A stretch of 38,413 bases of DNA from Gemmatimonadales bacterium (lineage in GTDB: Bacteria > Gemmatimonadota > Gemmatimonadetes > Gemmatimonadales > GWC2-71-9). The position numbers and the translations under genes are program-made. The notes beneath the pieces were generated by a model. That model searched no databases. It had not been told where the DNA came from and was given only the letters and a program-made list of their open reading frames with translations. Position 1 is the first letter of the stretch, and the number at the start of each line of letters is the position of its first letter. Location of the stretch: assembly GCA_041615815.1 (NCBI GenBank), contig JBFJCP010000035.1, positions 1-38,413 on the forward strand, written 5' to 3'. Of the stretch, positions 28,642-38,227 are shown in pieces.

Positions 28642-28946
28642 CTCGTCCTTCCCCGAGGGAGCGTCGCGCATGAATGGAACGATGCACGGCTCCTCTCGGG
28701 AGCGTTCTGCGTTCAACGGTGCGTAGAGACCAGCGGTTCGTGAGGCCTGGGGGTGGATGGCCATCGACGCGGGTCCGGCTGGGTCCCAACGCTTCCCGAG
28801 TGTCGTCCGCGAACCTCCGTCCCTCGATAATATCACGAGCCGTGCAAGGAGATTGACACCGGGCCCAGATTAGGGGACCGGGACGGACGCCGATCGGGGC
28901 TTTGCCCCGGGCTCCGGCCGGGGTAATGCACCGGGGGAGCCGTGTG

Positions 28947-30824
28947 ATGATTTGGGAATCGACGGCACTGATGACCATCATCGACGTGGCGATCATCGCT
29001 GCCGCCGCGCTGTCGGGATGGGTGCTCTTCAAGTACCGGCGCCAGTTGCTTGTGTCCCACCTCATTGTGGGTGCGTCGCTGGTCTCGGTGGGGTTGCTGT
29101 CCATCGGCCTGTTCTACGCCGTCGATTTGTTTGTCATGCTGGGGCTACCGCACGTCGTTTCCCGCGCCGCCGCCATGGCGGTCATGGAGAACCTGCATCT
29201 CAACTACAGTTGGATCGTCATTCTCCTCGCGGTCGGTCTCGTGTTGGTGGGCTTCGCACTCCTCATGCGAAGACTCCTTCTCAGCGAAGAACGCTACCGC
29301 GCCTACTCCGAACTCGTCTCGGATTGGGTGTACATACTCCGCTTTGACTCGAGCGGGGCACTAGTGCGGGAATGGGGAACCGACGGTTTCGTCAGAATAT
29401 CCGGCTTTTCGCAAGACGAGCTGGAGCGCTCTGGGGGGTGGATAGCGACGGCGGTGCACCCCGATGATCGGGCCACGCTGCAACGACGCGTGCAGGCGCT
29501 TCGCTCCGGCGTGGTGAATGTGTGTGAGTACCGCATTGTCACCAAGGACGGTGAGGTACGGTGGGTGCGCGACTATGGGCGCCCAGTTCTGGAAGATGGA
29601 CCGCGCCGCTCCGTTCGGGTGTACGGCGCCGTCCAAGATATCACGGAGACCAAACGGGCCGAGGAGGCATTGCGCCAGGCGCAAAAGATGGAGGCAGTGG
29701 GCCAGCTCACCAGCGGGATGGCCCATGACTTCAACAACCTGCTCACCGTGATTCAGGCCAACGTGGATCTGGTGGCCGCTCAGCTTCCCGGCAGTGCGGA
29801 GCGTCTCTTGACGGAGATACACGATGCGCAGGATGCGGCACGTCGGGGAGGGGCACTGATTCGGAGGCTGTTAGCCTTCACCCGGCAAGAGTCGCTTGCG
29901 TTCCAATTCGTCGACTTGGCAGTACTGCTCGATGGACTGGCCACGGCGCTACGTCACTTGCTTCCCGAGACGATCGAGATCCAGGTCACGACTGACAGAT
30001 CGCTTCCTTCCGTCTATGCCGATGCGGGTGCCGTGGAGCAGATCGTCATGAATCTCGCGACGAACGCGCGCGATGCGATGCCGAGGGGCGGTGTGCTTTG
30101 TATCGAAACCCGACATGGGACCTTCGACGATGGGCATCGCACCGTACACGGTTGGGGCGTTCCGGGAGAGTATGTCGTGCTTTCGGTGCGTGACAACGGT
30201 TGTGGCATGGATGAAGCGACCATGCGGCGGATGTTCGAGCCCTTCTTTACCACCAAGCCCCCCGGAGAGGGGACCGGGCTGGGCATGCCGATGGTCTATG
30301 GTCTGATCAAACAGCATCGCGGATTCGTGGATGTGCAGAGCGAGATCGAGCGGGGTACGACGGTTGAACTCTATTTCCCGATGTCGGATACCGAGGTCAC
30401 CGTCCCGGATCGGGTCGAGGAGTTGGAAGAAGCCCCAGGAGGCACGGAGACGATCCTGCTCGTCGAGGACGATCCGGCGATTCGTCGGACGGCGAAGCGT
30501 ACGCTGGAACAGTACGGCTATTCGGTGTTCGTCGCAGCGAATGGCGAAGAGGGCCTGAGCGTTTTCCGCGAGCGACAGGCAGAGATCGACCTGGTGCTGT
30601 CGGACGTGATCATGCCGCGGAAGACCGGTGGCGAGCTCTGTGCGGAAATCCGAGGGATCGCGCCCGGGACCAAGTTCGTTTTCATCAGCGGGTACACGCC
30701 TCAGGATTGGCGCGGGAGCGGGGCGCTCGACCCCAACATCCCGCTGGTGGCCAAACCGTGGACGATCCGACAGCTGCTCGTGGCAATTCGTAACGTCCTC
30801 GATCCAGCGGGCTCCCGAGTATGA
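28947..30824 (+). CDS. Membrane hybrid sensor histidine kinase (TM-PAS-HisKA-HATPase-REC)
   Basis: [14 protein letters not shown]...[44 protein letters not shown]. Start uncertain. Confidence 0.93.
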   Translation: MIWESTALMTIIDVAIIAAAALSGWVLFKYRRQLLVSHLIVGASLVSVGLLSIGLFYAVDLFVMLGLPHVVSRAAAMAVMENLHLNYSWIVILLAVGLVLVGFALLMRRLLLSEERYRAYSELVSDWVYILRFDSSGALVREWGTDGFVRISGFSQDELERSGGWIATAVHPDDRATLQRRVQALRSGVVNVCEYRIVTKDGEVRWVRDYGRPVLEDGPRRSVRVYGAVQDITETKRAEEALRQAQKMEAVGQLTSGMAHDFNNLLTVIQANVDLVAAQLPGSAERLLTEIHDAQDAARRGGALIRRLLAFTRQESLAFQFVDLAVLLDGLATALRHLLPETIEIQVTTDRSLPSVYADAGAVEQIVMNLATNARDAMPRGGVLCIETRHGTFDDGHRTVHGWGVPGEYVVLSVRDNGCGMDEATMRRMFEPFFTTKPPGEGTGLGMPMVYGLIKQHRGFVDVQSEIERGTTVELYFPMSDTEVTVPDRVEELEEAPGGTETILLVEDDPAIRRTAKRTLEQYGYSVFVAANGEEGLSVFRERQAEIDLVLSDVIMPRKTGGELCAEIRGIAPGTKFVFISGYTPQDWRGSGALDPNIPLVAKPWTIRQLLVAIRNVLDPAGSRV

Positions 30825-30907
30825 TCTTGCCGCGGCCACGGGCTTTCAGGTAAGTCACGCGGGTGTCGCCTCCCTGCCGATCAATCGGATTCCGGCTACT
30901 GTTGCGC

Positions 30908-31438
30908 CTACGGCGCGATCGCGCCACTAGCATCCCCTGGCTTGGCGTAGCGATAGACACTGTGCGGGCCGTAGTCGAGTAGCTGGATGGTTTTTTCGAA
31001 CCGCGCCCCCAGCCGCTCTGCCACACGCTTCGAGGGCTCGTTGTCCGGGTGAATGTAGCTCACCAGCGTGTCGGTGCCGATGATGTCGAACGCGTAGTCG
31101 CGGCAACGGGCGCCAGCTTCGGTGGCGTATCCCTTGCCCTGCATGGCCGGCATCAGCCAGTACCCCAGCTCCAGCTCGGGCCATCCCTCCGGAAACCAGA
31201 GGCCCACGCATCCCACGAATTGGCCGGTCCGCTTTTCCTCGACCGCCCAGTTGCCGTACCCACGGAGCACCCAGTGGCCGATTTGCGCTGCCATCCGCCG
31301 CCATGCGGTCTCGCGCCTACACGGTCCTCCCACGTACCGGGCGGTCGCTTCGTCGGCGTAATACTGCGCGTAGGATGGGAAGTCCTGCTCCCGCAACCCC
31401 CGGAGCAGCAGCCGGTCCGTTTCCAATTCCTTCACCAT
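30908..31438 (-). CDS. RimJ/RimL-type GNAT N-acetyltransferase
   Basis: LETDRLLLR, ELGYWL, QGKGYATEA, NEPSKRVAERLG; AGGAG RBS. Confidence 0.92.
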   Translation of the reverse strand: MVKELETDRLLLRGLREQDFPSYAQYYADEATARYVGGPCRRETAWRRMAAQIGHWVLRGYGNWAVEEKRTGQFVGCVGLWFPEGWPELELGYWLMPAMQGKGYATEAGARCRDYAFDIIGTDTLVSYIHPDNEPSKRVAERLGARFEKTIQLLDYGPHSVYRYAKPGDASGAIAP

Positions 31439-31527
31439 CTGGATTCTCCTGCCCAGCGTTTGCGGAAAACCATGGTTGGCGTGAAGCTCCTCGCCGAACG
31501 CGCCAGCACCTCATCGCCATGTGAAAA

Positions 31528-31553
31528 GAACGTCCGTATAGGATTTGACGTTC
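31528..31553. promoter_or_regulatory. Inverted repeat GAACGTC-N12-GACGTTC upstream of the GNAT gene
   Basis: Perfect 7-bp arms in a relatively AT-rich patch. Confidence 0.3.
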
Positions 31554-31592
31554 GCGAGATAGAATATGTGTTGGGGTGGCTTGCCCGGTTAA

Positions 31593-31685
31593 GGGCTGCT
31601 GGCGCTCGTGGCGGTCGGGGCCATCTTGCTGCCGGCACGTCGCGCCACGCGGCTGGATCCGGCGAAAGTCTTGAGCGAGGCTTAG
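31593..31685 (+). pseudogene. Orphan 3' end of an ADOP/MacB-like permease gene
   Basis: Translates GLLALVAVGAILLPARRATRLDPAKVLSEA*, with an in-frame TAA immediately before it. Compare YLPARRALRIDPVEALRDE at the end of 25176-27665. Confidence 0.8.
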
Positions 31686-31860
31686 GACCCCAACCCCCCG
31701 CCACCGACACCCGGCATCCGTCGCCTGCTTCCGTGACGAAGCTGACCCGCGTCTACCAGCGTGGGTCGGGCAACTGATGGGAAGAACGCCCCTCCTCCGA
31801 CTTCCACAGTCGCCCGTCACCCGACTACCTTAACCCGACACCCGACACCCCAATATCCCA

Positions 31861-32607
31861 GTGAGCATCTCGCCTCCCGTGACACCCCCCGCCTTCGCAC
31901 TGCACGGTGTCCGTCTGGAGAGGGCCGGCGTCCGCGTCCTCGACGACGTGAGTCTCGACATCCCGGACGGACAGGTCACCGCGCTCATCGGTCCGTCCGG
32001 TGCAGGGAAGAGCTCGCTGCTTCGGCTCCTCAATCGGCTGGACGATCCCGATGCTGGAGAGATTCGCTGTCGCGGTCGTCCCGTCGTCGACATGCCGGTA
32101 CGCCAACTCAGGCGCCAGGCGGGTTTCGTGTTTCAGACACCGGTCATGTTTCCCGGGACGGTGCGGGAAAACCTCGAGGTCGCCGCGAACATCGGGGATC
32201 TTCCGGCGGCGGAGGTGTCCAACCGCGTGGTCGAGAGCATGGGTCTCGCCGAGCTCGACACGGCCCTCGCTGATCGCGCTGCGGACCGGCTGTCCGTGGG
32301 TGAGAAGCAGCGCGCCAACATCGCCCGTGCGCTCATGACCGGTCCGGAAATCCTCTTGATGGACGAGCCCACCGCGTCGCTGGACCCGGAGACCGCCGAG
32401 CGATTGGGACGGACCATCAGGCATCTCAGTACCGCGTGCGGCGTCACGATCGTGCTGGCCACGCATCGGCTGAAGGAAGCCAAAGCCGTCTGTACGTTCG
32501 TGGTGATGCTCGATGGCGGGCATGTGGTGGAGGCGGGCCCCGCGTCTGCGCTCTTCGAGGAGTCGGCACACCCGCGTCTGCGGGCATTCCTCGAGCGGGT
32601 GGGCTGA
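31861..32607 (+). CDS. ABC transporter ATP-binding protein (FetA/YbbL-like)
   Basis: GPSGAGKS, LSVGEKQR, LLMDEPTASLD, H-loop LATH; adjacent to a UPF0014 permease. Confidence 0.9.
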   Translation: MSISPPVTPPAFALHGVRLERAGVRVLDDVSLDIPDGQVTALIGPSGAGKSSLLRLLNRLDDPDAGEIRCRGRPVVDMPVRQLRRQAGFVFQTPVMFPGTVRENLEVAANIGDLPAAEVSNRVVESMGLAELDTALADRAADRLSVGEKQRANIARALMTGPEILLMDEPTASLDPETAERLGRTIRHLSTACGVTIVLATHRLKEAKAVCTFVVMLDGGHVVEAGPASALFEESAHPRLRAFLERVG

Positions 32608-32609
32608 CC

Positions 32610-33428
32610 GTGTCCGCGCTCCTCCAGGCCGGCCAGGTGGACGCCCGTCCCATCATCGAGCTGTCGTGGCTCGATCTCACGCTCGCCGCGGGGCTGATCC
32701 TGATCGCGTTCGGGCTTTCCCGCTGGCGCGGCGTCGGACTGGGCCGCGACGTCGTCGTTGGGGCCATTCGCAGCGTGGTCCAGCTCGTGCTCGTCGGCTA
32801 CGTCCTCGTCTACATCTTCGCCATCGACCGGTGGTACCTCGTGGTGGCCGCATTGCTGCTCATGCTCGTCGTGGCAACCAAGACGGCGGTGGATCGACAG
32901 GACAAACCAAACCGCGAACTGCTCGGGATCGTCGGGGTCGCGATGCTCATCGGGTCCGGCCTGACCCTGATCTACGTGGGCGCCGCCGTGGTCCGCACGG
33001 ATCCCTGGTACGACCCGCGCTATCTGATCCCACTGTTCGGCATGATCGTGGGGAACGCGATGAACGCGGCCGCGCTCGCCGCCGAGCGCCTCGCCGGTGA
33101 GGTCGCCGCCCGCCGCGCCGAGATCGAGGCGTATCTCGCCCTCGGGGCCAGTCCCGTCCGGGCGGCGCAGGACGCCGTGCGCAAGGCCATCCGCGCCTCC
33201 ATGATCCCCATGGTGAACAGTCTGATGGTCGTTGGGATCGTGGCCCTGCCGGGGATGATGACCGGGCAGATCATCGCCGGGGCCTCGCCCCTGACGGCCG
33301 TACGCTACCAGATCGTGGTCATGTTCATGCTCATGGCGGCGGTGGCCGTGACGGGAACGCTGGTCGCCCTCTGGTATCGCAAGACCTTCTTCACACCGGC
33401 GGAACAGTTACGATACGAGGCCGGCTGA
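32610..33428 (+). CDS. fetB: UPF0014 ABC permease (FetB/YbbM)
   Basis: RSVVQLVLVGYVL, PRYLIPLFGMIVGNAMN, GIVALPGMMTGQII, AVRYQI; GTG start at 32610. Confidence 0.9.
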   Translation: MSALLQAGQVDARPIIELSWLDLTLAAGLILIAFGLSRWRGVGLGRDVVVGAIRSVVQLVLVGYVLVYIFAIDRWYLVVAALLLMLVVATKTAVDRQDKPNRELLGIVGVAMLIGSGLTLIYVGAAVVRTDPWYDPRYLIPLFGMIVGNAMNAAALAAERLAGEVAARRAEIEAYLALGASPVRAAQDAVRKAIRASMIPMVNSLMVVGIVALPGMMTGQIIAGASPLTAVRYQIVVMFMLMAAVAVTGTLVALWYRKTFFTPAEQLRYEAG

Positions 33429-33681
33429 ACGCGGCGGGATCAATTCGCGTCAGGAAGAAGCCCGTGGAACGCTTTACCAAAACCCTGCTTCATCCGTGGC
33501 GTACCGTCAGCGCGTTGTCTGCGTGGGGCTCGGCGTTGCACGGGGCAACCTCATGGTGATGACGACCACGGATTCCTCCCGAAGCGTATGGACCGCTTGC
33601 GAAAAGCTGAATGCAAAGGTGGGAAACTGACCTGCGTAAGCCAGCGCGAGCGGGTGAGGGGTGCCGTTTCATGCGACGTGC

Positions 33682-34440
33682 TCACGGGTCGAGGACGCGG
33701 TACTCACCTTCCTCGGTCAACTCTACCGTGAGTCCGAGTTCTTCGAGGGCTTTCATTGCGGAGACGCGGACCGGGTAGAGCTCGGTGGCACCACCATCTA
33801 GGTTGTCCACGTCGACCAGGTACGTGTCGCGGGCAGCCTGCCGCAGGTCGGGAATGGCCTCGTGCGCCTCCAGCTCGCCGAGCAAGTAGGCAGCGTCAGA
33901 CCGCACGTCTCCAACGGTGGATGTGCGCAGTAACGCTTGCAGCTCCGGTATCGCATCCCGCTGCCCGGCGTAACCGAGGGCAAGGACGGCCCGGGCCCGA
34001 ACCTCGCCGGTCTGTTGGTTTACCGCCTGGCGAAGGGTCTCCAGCGCTTGCGGCGCGAGCTTACCCAATGCGCGGGTGTAGACGTAGCGCAACCACTCGG
34101 TGGTGGAGAGATAGGTCCCGCGCGGGGCGGGACCGAGGGTGGGCTGGTTGATCTCACGCTCGAGGGCATCGAGGAGCAGCGTGACCCGAGCGGGTGCCGG
34201 GATGTCCTGACGGTCACCGAGCTGCCACGCCGCGTCGAGACGCCGATTCCAATCTTGGTGTGCCAGAGACTGCTGGATTTGGACGGCGGGATCTTGACTG
34301 GTCTCCTCGGACGTCGTGCCCGGAACATCCTCCGATGTATCGCTGCCGCACCCCGCGGCGAAAACGAGACCGAAGAGCAACGCACCCAGATTGGCACTTG
34401 GAGCCCAGACGGTTCGGGATGACCTGTTCACAGAGATCAT
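33682..34440 (-). CDS. HEAT-repeat lipoprotein
   Basis: ATG 34440 overlaps the upstream TGA (ATGA); FAAG-C lipobox; repeats RRLDAAWQLG, VRARAVLALG, VRSDAAYLLGEL, VRVSAMKALEEL. Confidence 0.82.
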   Translation of the reverse strand: MISVNRSSRTVWAPSANLGALLFGLVFAAGCGSDTSEDVPGTTSEETSQDPAVQIQQSLAHQDWNRRLDAAWQLGDRQDIPAPARVTLLLDALEREINQPTLGPAPRGTYLSTTEWLRYVYTRALGKLAPQALETLRQAVNQQTGEVRARAVLALGYAGQRDAIPELQALLRTSTVGDVRSDAAYLLGELEAHEAIPDLRQAARDTYLVDVDNLDGGATELYPVRVSAMKALEELGLTVELTEEGEYRVLDP

Positions 34441-36074
34441 CTCGATGGGCGTCCGGTTGCTGCGATGCCGCACAGCGGCTCCTGGTTCTCGTTGCGCTGC
34501 ACGGGTTCCGTTCCGAACCGCTTTCCTGGCGCCGCCCAATCCTCCTCGTCGGCTGTGCCGCTTTGCCACAGGCCTTCGGCCAACCACGCGAGGTAGTGCT
34601 CGTCGGTCATTTTGCAGCGGTGGGTGTCCTGCCACTTCGGGTTCATCCCTAGAGACCGCTCGAGGCGATCGGGGATCTTGTCTCGGTCGCGGTCCACCGT
34701 TCTGCGGTCCCTCCGGTATTCGGGCGTCCAGCATGTCTTGTGAACACACGGATCTTCGTACTTCGGCCCGCCCGTGCGCGTGGTCCATTCCTGGTCGAAG
34801 TTTCGCCACCACTGCTCGTAGTGTTTTTTGTGTTCCCACTCGTGCAAAACCGTCGTGGCATAGGTATCGATACCATCTGTGAACTCTCCCGTCACCGAAT
34901 TCCATCCGGAGCCCGTGACGGGATCACAGACGTTGATATGGGAGTCGCCGGGAACGTAGAAGCCGAATGTCTTCTTCGTCGGATCGTCGTCTTGGCACTC
35001 CTGCGGTGGGGAGTAATGGACCTGGCTGCGGGACAGCCCCCGTCCAGCAGCCGTCTGCCGCCAGTAGTAGAACCAGTTGGGAACGTCCTCGTCGTCCGGA
35101 TTGAAGGTCCCTTTCAGCGCGAAGAAGAATCGCACCGGCATTTCAGCCGTGACCTCCTCACTGCACATGCTGAGGCTCGCGGTCACGGGTTCCTCTACCG
35201 CAAACGCGCCGTTGTCTTCTGGCAGATTCGTATACGTTACCTTCACATACTGGCCCCGCCCGCTCTCCGGGTCCGTCGTCAGCCACACCCCGGGAATCTC
35301 GGGGAACGTCCAGACGACCCTCGCGGAATCTTGCTTGGAGACGTTGTTGGCGATGGCGAGCTCTTCGGCCCGTCCTTCTGAGCCGTCTTCGTCGAAGACC
35401 ATCGCGTCCCACCCGGTGGGATCGATTGCCAACGCCGGTGCGTCTCCGCCGGTGCAGGGGGACAGACTCCAGCTGATCGAGCCGCTTCGTGCGGCAGCCA
35501 TCGGGCTATAGCTCCGCTCGAGGTTCTGCGAGCCGGTCAGGGCACCCACGGAGGGCGGAAGCGGGATGTCTTCAGCCCGTACCTGTACCTCCTCGAGCAA
35601 CAGCTCCGCGCTCCCCGATTGGGAGAAGCCCCCTGCGGTGAACGTGGCGGTCCCGGTGATACCCTCCCCGGCGTCGAGCAGGGAAACCCGATAGGTCTCC
35701 TCATCCAAGTTCATGAACAGCTCCACCGATCCGCCGGGCGATCGGCCGGATCCGCTCGAGGTCGTGCCTCCACCCTCCATCGTGGCCTCGCTCTCGAACG
35801 TTGCTGAAAAGGTCACGTTCTCTCCGATCCAGATCACCCGCCGCGGACGGTCCCGCACTTCGGCTAATTGCAGGGTCACCGATCCGTTCGCCGACGCTGT
35901 CAGGCGGGCTTTCATGGCCGATACGTTTCCGCCTTCAGTGACTTCCACCCGGATGGTCCCCGACCACTCGGTGATCCCCGTCCAATCGTCTGCATCCCGA
36001 TCCTGCTTCGGCCACCATGAGGCCCCGGCGGTCAGCACCGCGGCAGCGACGACGGCAAAGAATGGCGCTCTCAT
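34437..36074 (-). CDS. Exported HEXXH zinc-metallopeptidase-like protein (module A + module B)
   Basis: Signal-like MRAPFFAVVAAAVLTAGAS from ATG 36074; HEWEH at 34830-34844; PNWFYYWRQT; DRDRDKIPD. Confidence 0.78.
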   Translation of the reverse strand: MRAPFFAVVAAAVLTAGASWWPKQDRDADDWTGITEWSGTIRVEVTEGGNVSAMKARLTASANGSVTLQLAEVRDRPRRVIWIGENVTFSATFESEATMEGGGTTSSGSGRSPGGSVELFMNLDEETYRVSLLDAGEGITGTATFTAGGFSQSGSAELLLEEVQVRAEDIPLPPSVGALTGSQNLERSYSPMAAARSGSISWSLSPCTGGDAPALAIDPTGWDAMVFDEDGSEGRAEELAIANNVSKQDSARVVWTFPEIPGVWLTTDPESGRGQYVKVTYTNLPEDNGAFAVEEPVTASLSMCSEEVTAEMPVRFFFALKGTFNPDDEDVPNWFYYWRQTAAGRGLSRSQVHYSPPQECQDDDPTKKTFGFYVPGDSHINVCDPVTGSGWNSVTGEFTDGIDTYATTVLHEWEHKKHYEQWWRNFDQEWTTRTGGPKYEDPCVHKTCWTPEYRRDRRTVDRDRDKIPDRLERSLGMNPKWQDTHRCKMTDEHYLAWLAEGLWQSGTADEEDWAAPGKRFGTEPVQRNENQEPLCGIAATGRPSR

Positions 36075-36151
36075 GCTGCTGGTCCCCAGTTCAGGTTGCT
36101 TCATTGAATATCGATGGTGATGAGCGTCTTGTACGCGTGTTCTTCCAGCCT

Positions 36152-36349
36152 CTAAGCAATCCACCCACTCGTCCCAGTGAGACTCCCGGGGTCGTCGTAG
36201 GAGAGGGCGACGGAGCCTGGGTACACCTCAGCGACCCGCCGATCCTGATCGCTAGTTTCAGAACCACCGAGCTCCGCCGCCTCCCCACCTGCACCTGCCA
36301 TCACCAACGTGAGGGTGGCGAGAGTAGTCATCGTGGCAGGCACCTTCAA
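36152..36349 (-). CDS. Small exported peptide or truncated gene (65 aa)
   Basis: AAGGAG RBS before a TTG start; hydrophobic N-terminus MKVPATMTTLATLTLVMAGAGGEA; fills the gap within a co-directional cluster. Confidence 0.5.
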   Translation of the reverse strand: MKVPATMTTLATLTLVMAGAGGEAAELGGSETSDQDRRVAEVYPGSVALSYDDPGSLTGTSGWIA

Positions 36350-36380
36350 AGTGCGGTCTCCTTACGCCATTGGATCTGGA

Positions 36381-36893
36381 TTACCCCCGTTCCAGCCGCC
36401 GGCGGAGGCTGAGCGGCCGCATGTCCGTCCAGACCTCCTCGATATACTCGGACGCTTCCCCGAACGTCCCGACCTTTCCCGTGGGTGTCAGTTCTTCGGG
36501 GAACGTCTCCTCCGCGGGCCAGAGCATGTATCCATAGTATCCGGACGGGATGCCGTCGTTCTCCCGGTCGTCTCCCGTCCTCTCTTTCCGCACCAGCACC
36601 TGGTATTTGATCGCATCGCGTTCGATGCCTCGTTGCGCCATTCGCGTGCGGAGGCTGCGGGGACGCATGTCGGTCCAGACCTCTTCGATGTAGTCCATCG
36701 CTTGTCCCAGCCCGCCGGTCCTGCCGGTGGCCTTCCATCCCGTCGGCACTTGCTCGTCGGCCACCCAGACGGCGTACTGCTCCTCCGGGTTGACGATGAC
36801 CTGGTAGCGGATCCGCTCTTGGGCTTGCGTGGTGCCGCTGAGGGCGATGGACGAGAGCAGGACCGCTGCGGTGCGAAGCGTGGGGAAAGACAT
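36381..36893 (-). CDS. Signal-peptide-bearing protein with two tandem MbtH-like domains
   Basis: GAGGAG RBS; signal ending TQA-QE; YQVIVNPEEQYAVW...PTGW...YIEEVWTDMRPRSL, then YQVLV...LWP...YIEEVWTDMRPLSL. Confidence 0.88.
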   Translation of the reverse strand: MSFPTLRTAAVLLSSIALSGTTQAQERIRYQVIVNPEEQYAVWVADEQVPTGWKATGRTGGLGQAMDYIEEVWTDMRPRSLRTRMAQRGIERDAIKYQVLVRKERTGDDRENDGIPSGYYGYMLWPAEETFPEELTPTGKVGTFGEASEYIEEVWTDMRPLSLRRRLERG

Positions 36894-36925
36894 GAAAGCT
36901 CCTCATCAAACCGTTGGTGTAGCGA

Positions 36926-38227
36926 TTAGCGCCCCGCGCAGACCAACTCGTCGGATCGTCCGTTGTTGTCCTCGCGGGCTTCTGTCACGACGCCGTTGGG
37001 ATCGATGGTAACCTGGACGGCCGTGGTGTCGGAGACGGTGATCGCCTCGAACGTGTGGGCCCGCTGCCCCCCCGCTGGCCCGAGCGCTTTTTCGGGGTCG
37101 AGGGACTCGAGAGTCACGGAGTGCGCGGGCTCTTCGTCGCGCGAGACGCTCAGGATCGCGGCCTCCCACGCCTCCGCGGGGAGCGTCGCGGGCCCACGGT
37201 TCACGACTTCCGCCGTCACCCGGCACTCTGCGTCGAGCCCCAATCGGGATACGGTCAAGTCGGGCAGCCGGTTGTACGCCACTTCCTGGAGGATTCTTCT
37301 CGTCAGATTCTCCTTCACGCTCCACGTCAGGCCGCCGTCAGTGGACCGCGCGACGGTCCCCCGCCAGCCGACGACGACCAGCACACCGTCTCTGCCCTCG
37401 GTCGCTCCGGTCAAACGCTGTGTGGTGCCGGACTCGACGGCCGTCCAGGTCTCGCCGCCGTCCTCGGAGCGTGCAATCGTGCCATCCCAGCCCGCCGCGA
37501 CGATCGTTCCCGATGCGCTGGTGGTCACACCCTCGAAGGTGTTGCGGATTCCGGTGCGCACCACCGTCCAGGTCGCCCCGCCATCGGACGAATACGCGGC
37601 TCCCCCCAACACGCCTACCGCCACCCACCGGTCGTCACCGAGGGCCGTCACGGCGTTCACGTGGGCGCCCATTCGCGTCGTCGTGGCAGTCCACGTCTCG
37701 CCGTTGTCACTGGAGTGAATGATCAAGCCTTGGGCACCACCCCCCACCCAGGTTCCCTCCCGGTCGGTTGCCACGGAATAGAGGGCGTCCGTGGTTCCCG
37801 AAACGCGGGCCTCCCAGCTGGTGCCACCATCGGTGGACAGGAGCACGCTCCCCTGACCACCCACCACGACGAAGCGTCCGTCGTCATGCCATGCGATGCT
37901 TTGCAGGTTGTCCTCGCTGCCCGACGCCATGGTCTCCCAGCTGGCTCCCCCGTCGGTCGAGCGGAGGATCACCCCCCCTGATCCCACTGCCACGAAGCGA
38001 CCCCGGTTGTCGGACACCACGCCGTTGATATAGGAGCTGATTGGCGTGACTGCTGTCCAGGATTCTCCGTCATCCGTACTGTAGAGTACGATGCCGCTTC
38101 TGCCGACGGCGACATAGTCCGTCCCTCCAGCGGATTCCGCCTGCTGCGCCTCCGAGGAGCCCGTTGGAACGAGCAGTACGACTCCCAGACCGAAAAGCCT
38201 CGCGGCCCACCGCAATAGCTGCTGCAT
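36926..38227 (-). CDS. Exported BNR/Asp-box (Ycf48-like) 7-repeat beta-propeller + CARDB domain
   Basis: Signal ending SEA-QQ; seven S(T/S/E)DxGxxW repeats; LPDLTV...VVNRG...IDPNGVVTEAREDNN. Confidence 0.9.
   Translation of the reverse strand: MQQLLRWAARLFGLGVVLLVPTGSSEAQQAESAGGTDYVAVGRSGIVLYSTDDGESWTAVTPISSYINGVVSDNRGRFVAVGSGGVILRSTDGGASWETMASGSEDNLQSIAWHDDGRFVVVGGQGSVLLSTDGGTSWEARVSGTTDALYSVATDREGTWVGGGAQGLIIHSSDNGETWTATTTRMGAHVNAVTALGDDRWVAVGVLGGAAYSSDGGATWTVVRTGIRNTFEGVTTSASGTIVAAGWDGTIARSEDGGETWTAVESGTTQRLTGATEGRDGVLVVVGWRGTVARSTDGGLTWSVKENLTRRILQEVAYNRLPDLTVSRLGLDAECRVTAEVVNRGPATLPAEAWEAAILSVSRDEEPAHSVTLESLDPEKALGPAGGQRAHTFEAITVSDTTAVQVTIDPNGVVTEAREDNNGRSDELVCAGR

Noticed and set aside
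31690..31855. C-rich heptamer-like repeats (CCCGACA x2, CCCGTCA, CCCGACT)
   Set aside because: Too few and too degenerate to call a functional repeat.
34441..34905. N-terminal 155 aa of the 407-aa HEAT ORF
   Set aside because: Overlaps the peptidase gene in another frame; the lipoprotein signal and ATGA coupling support a start at 34440.
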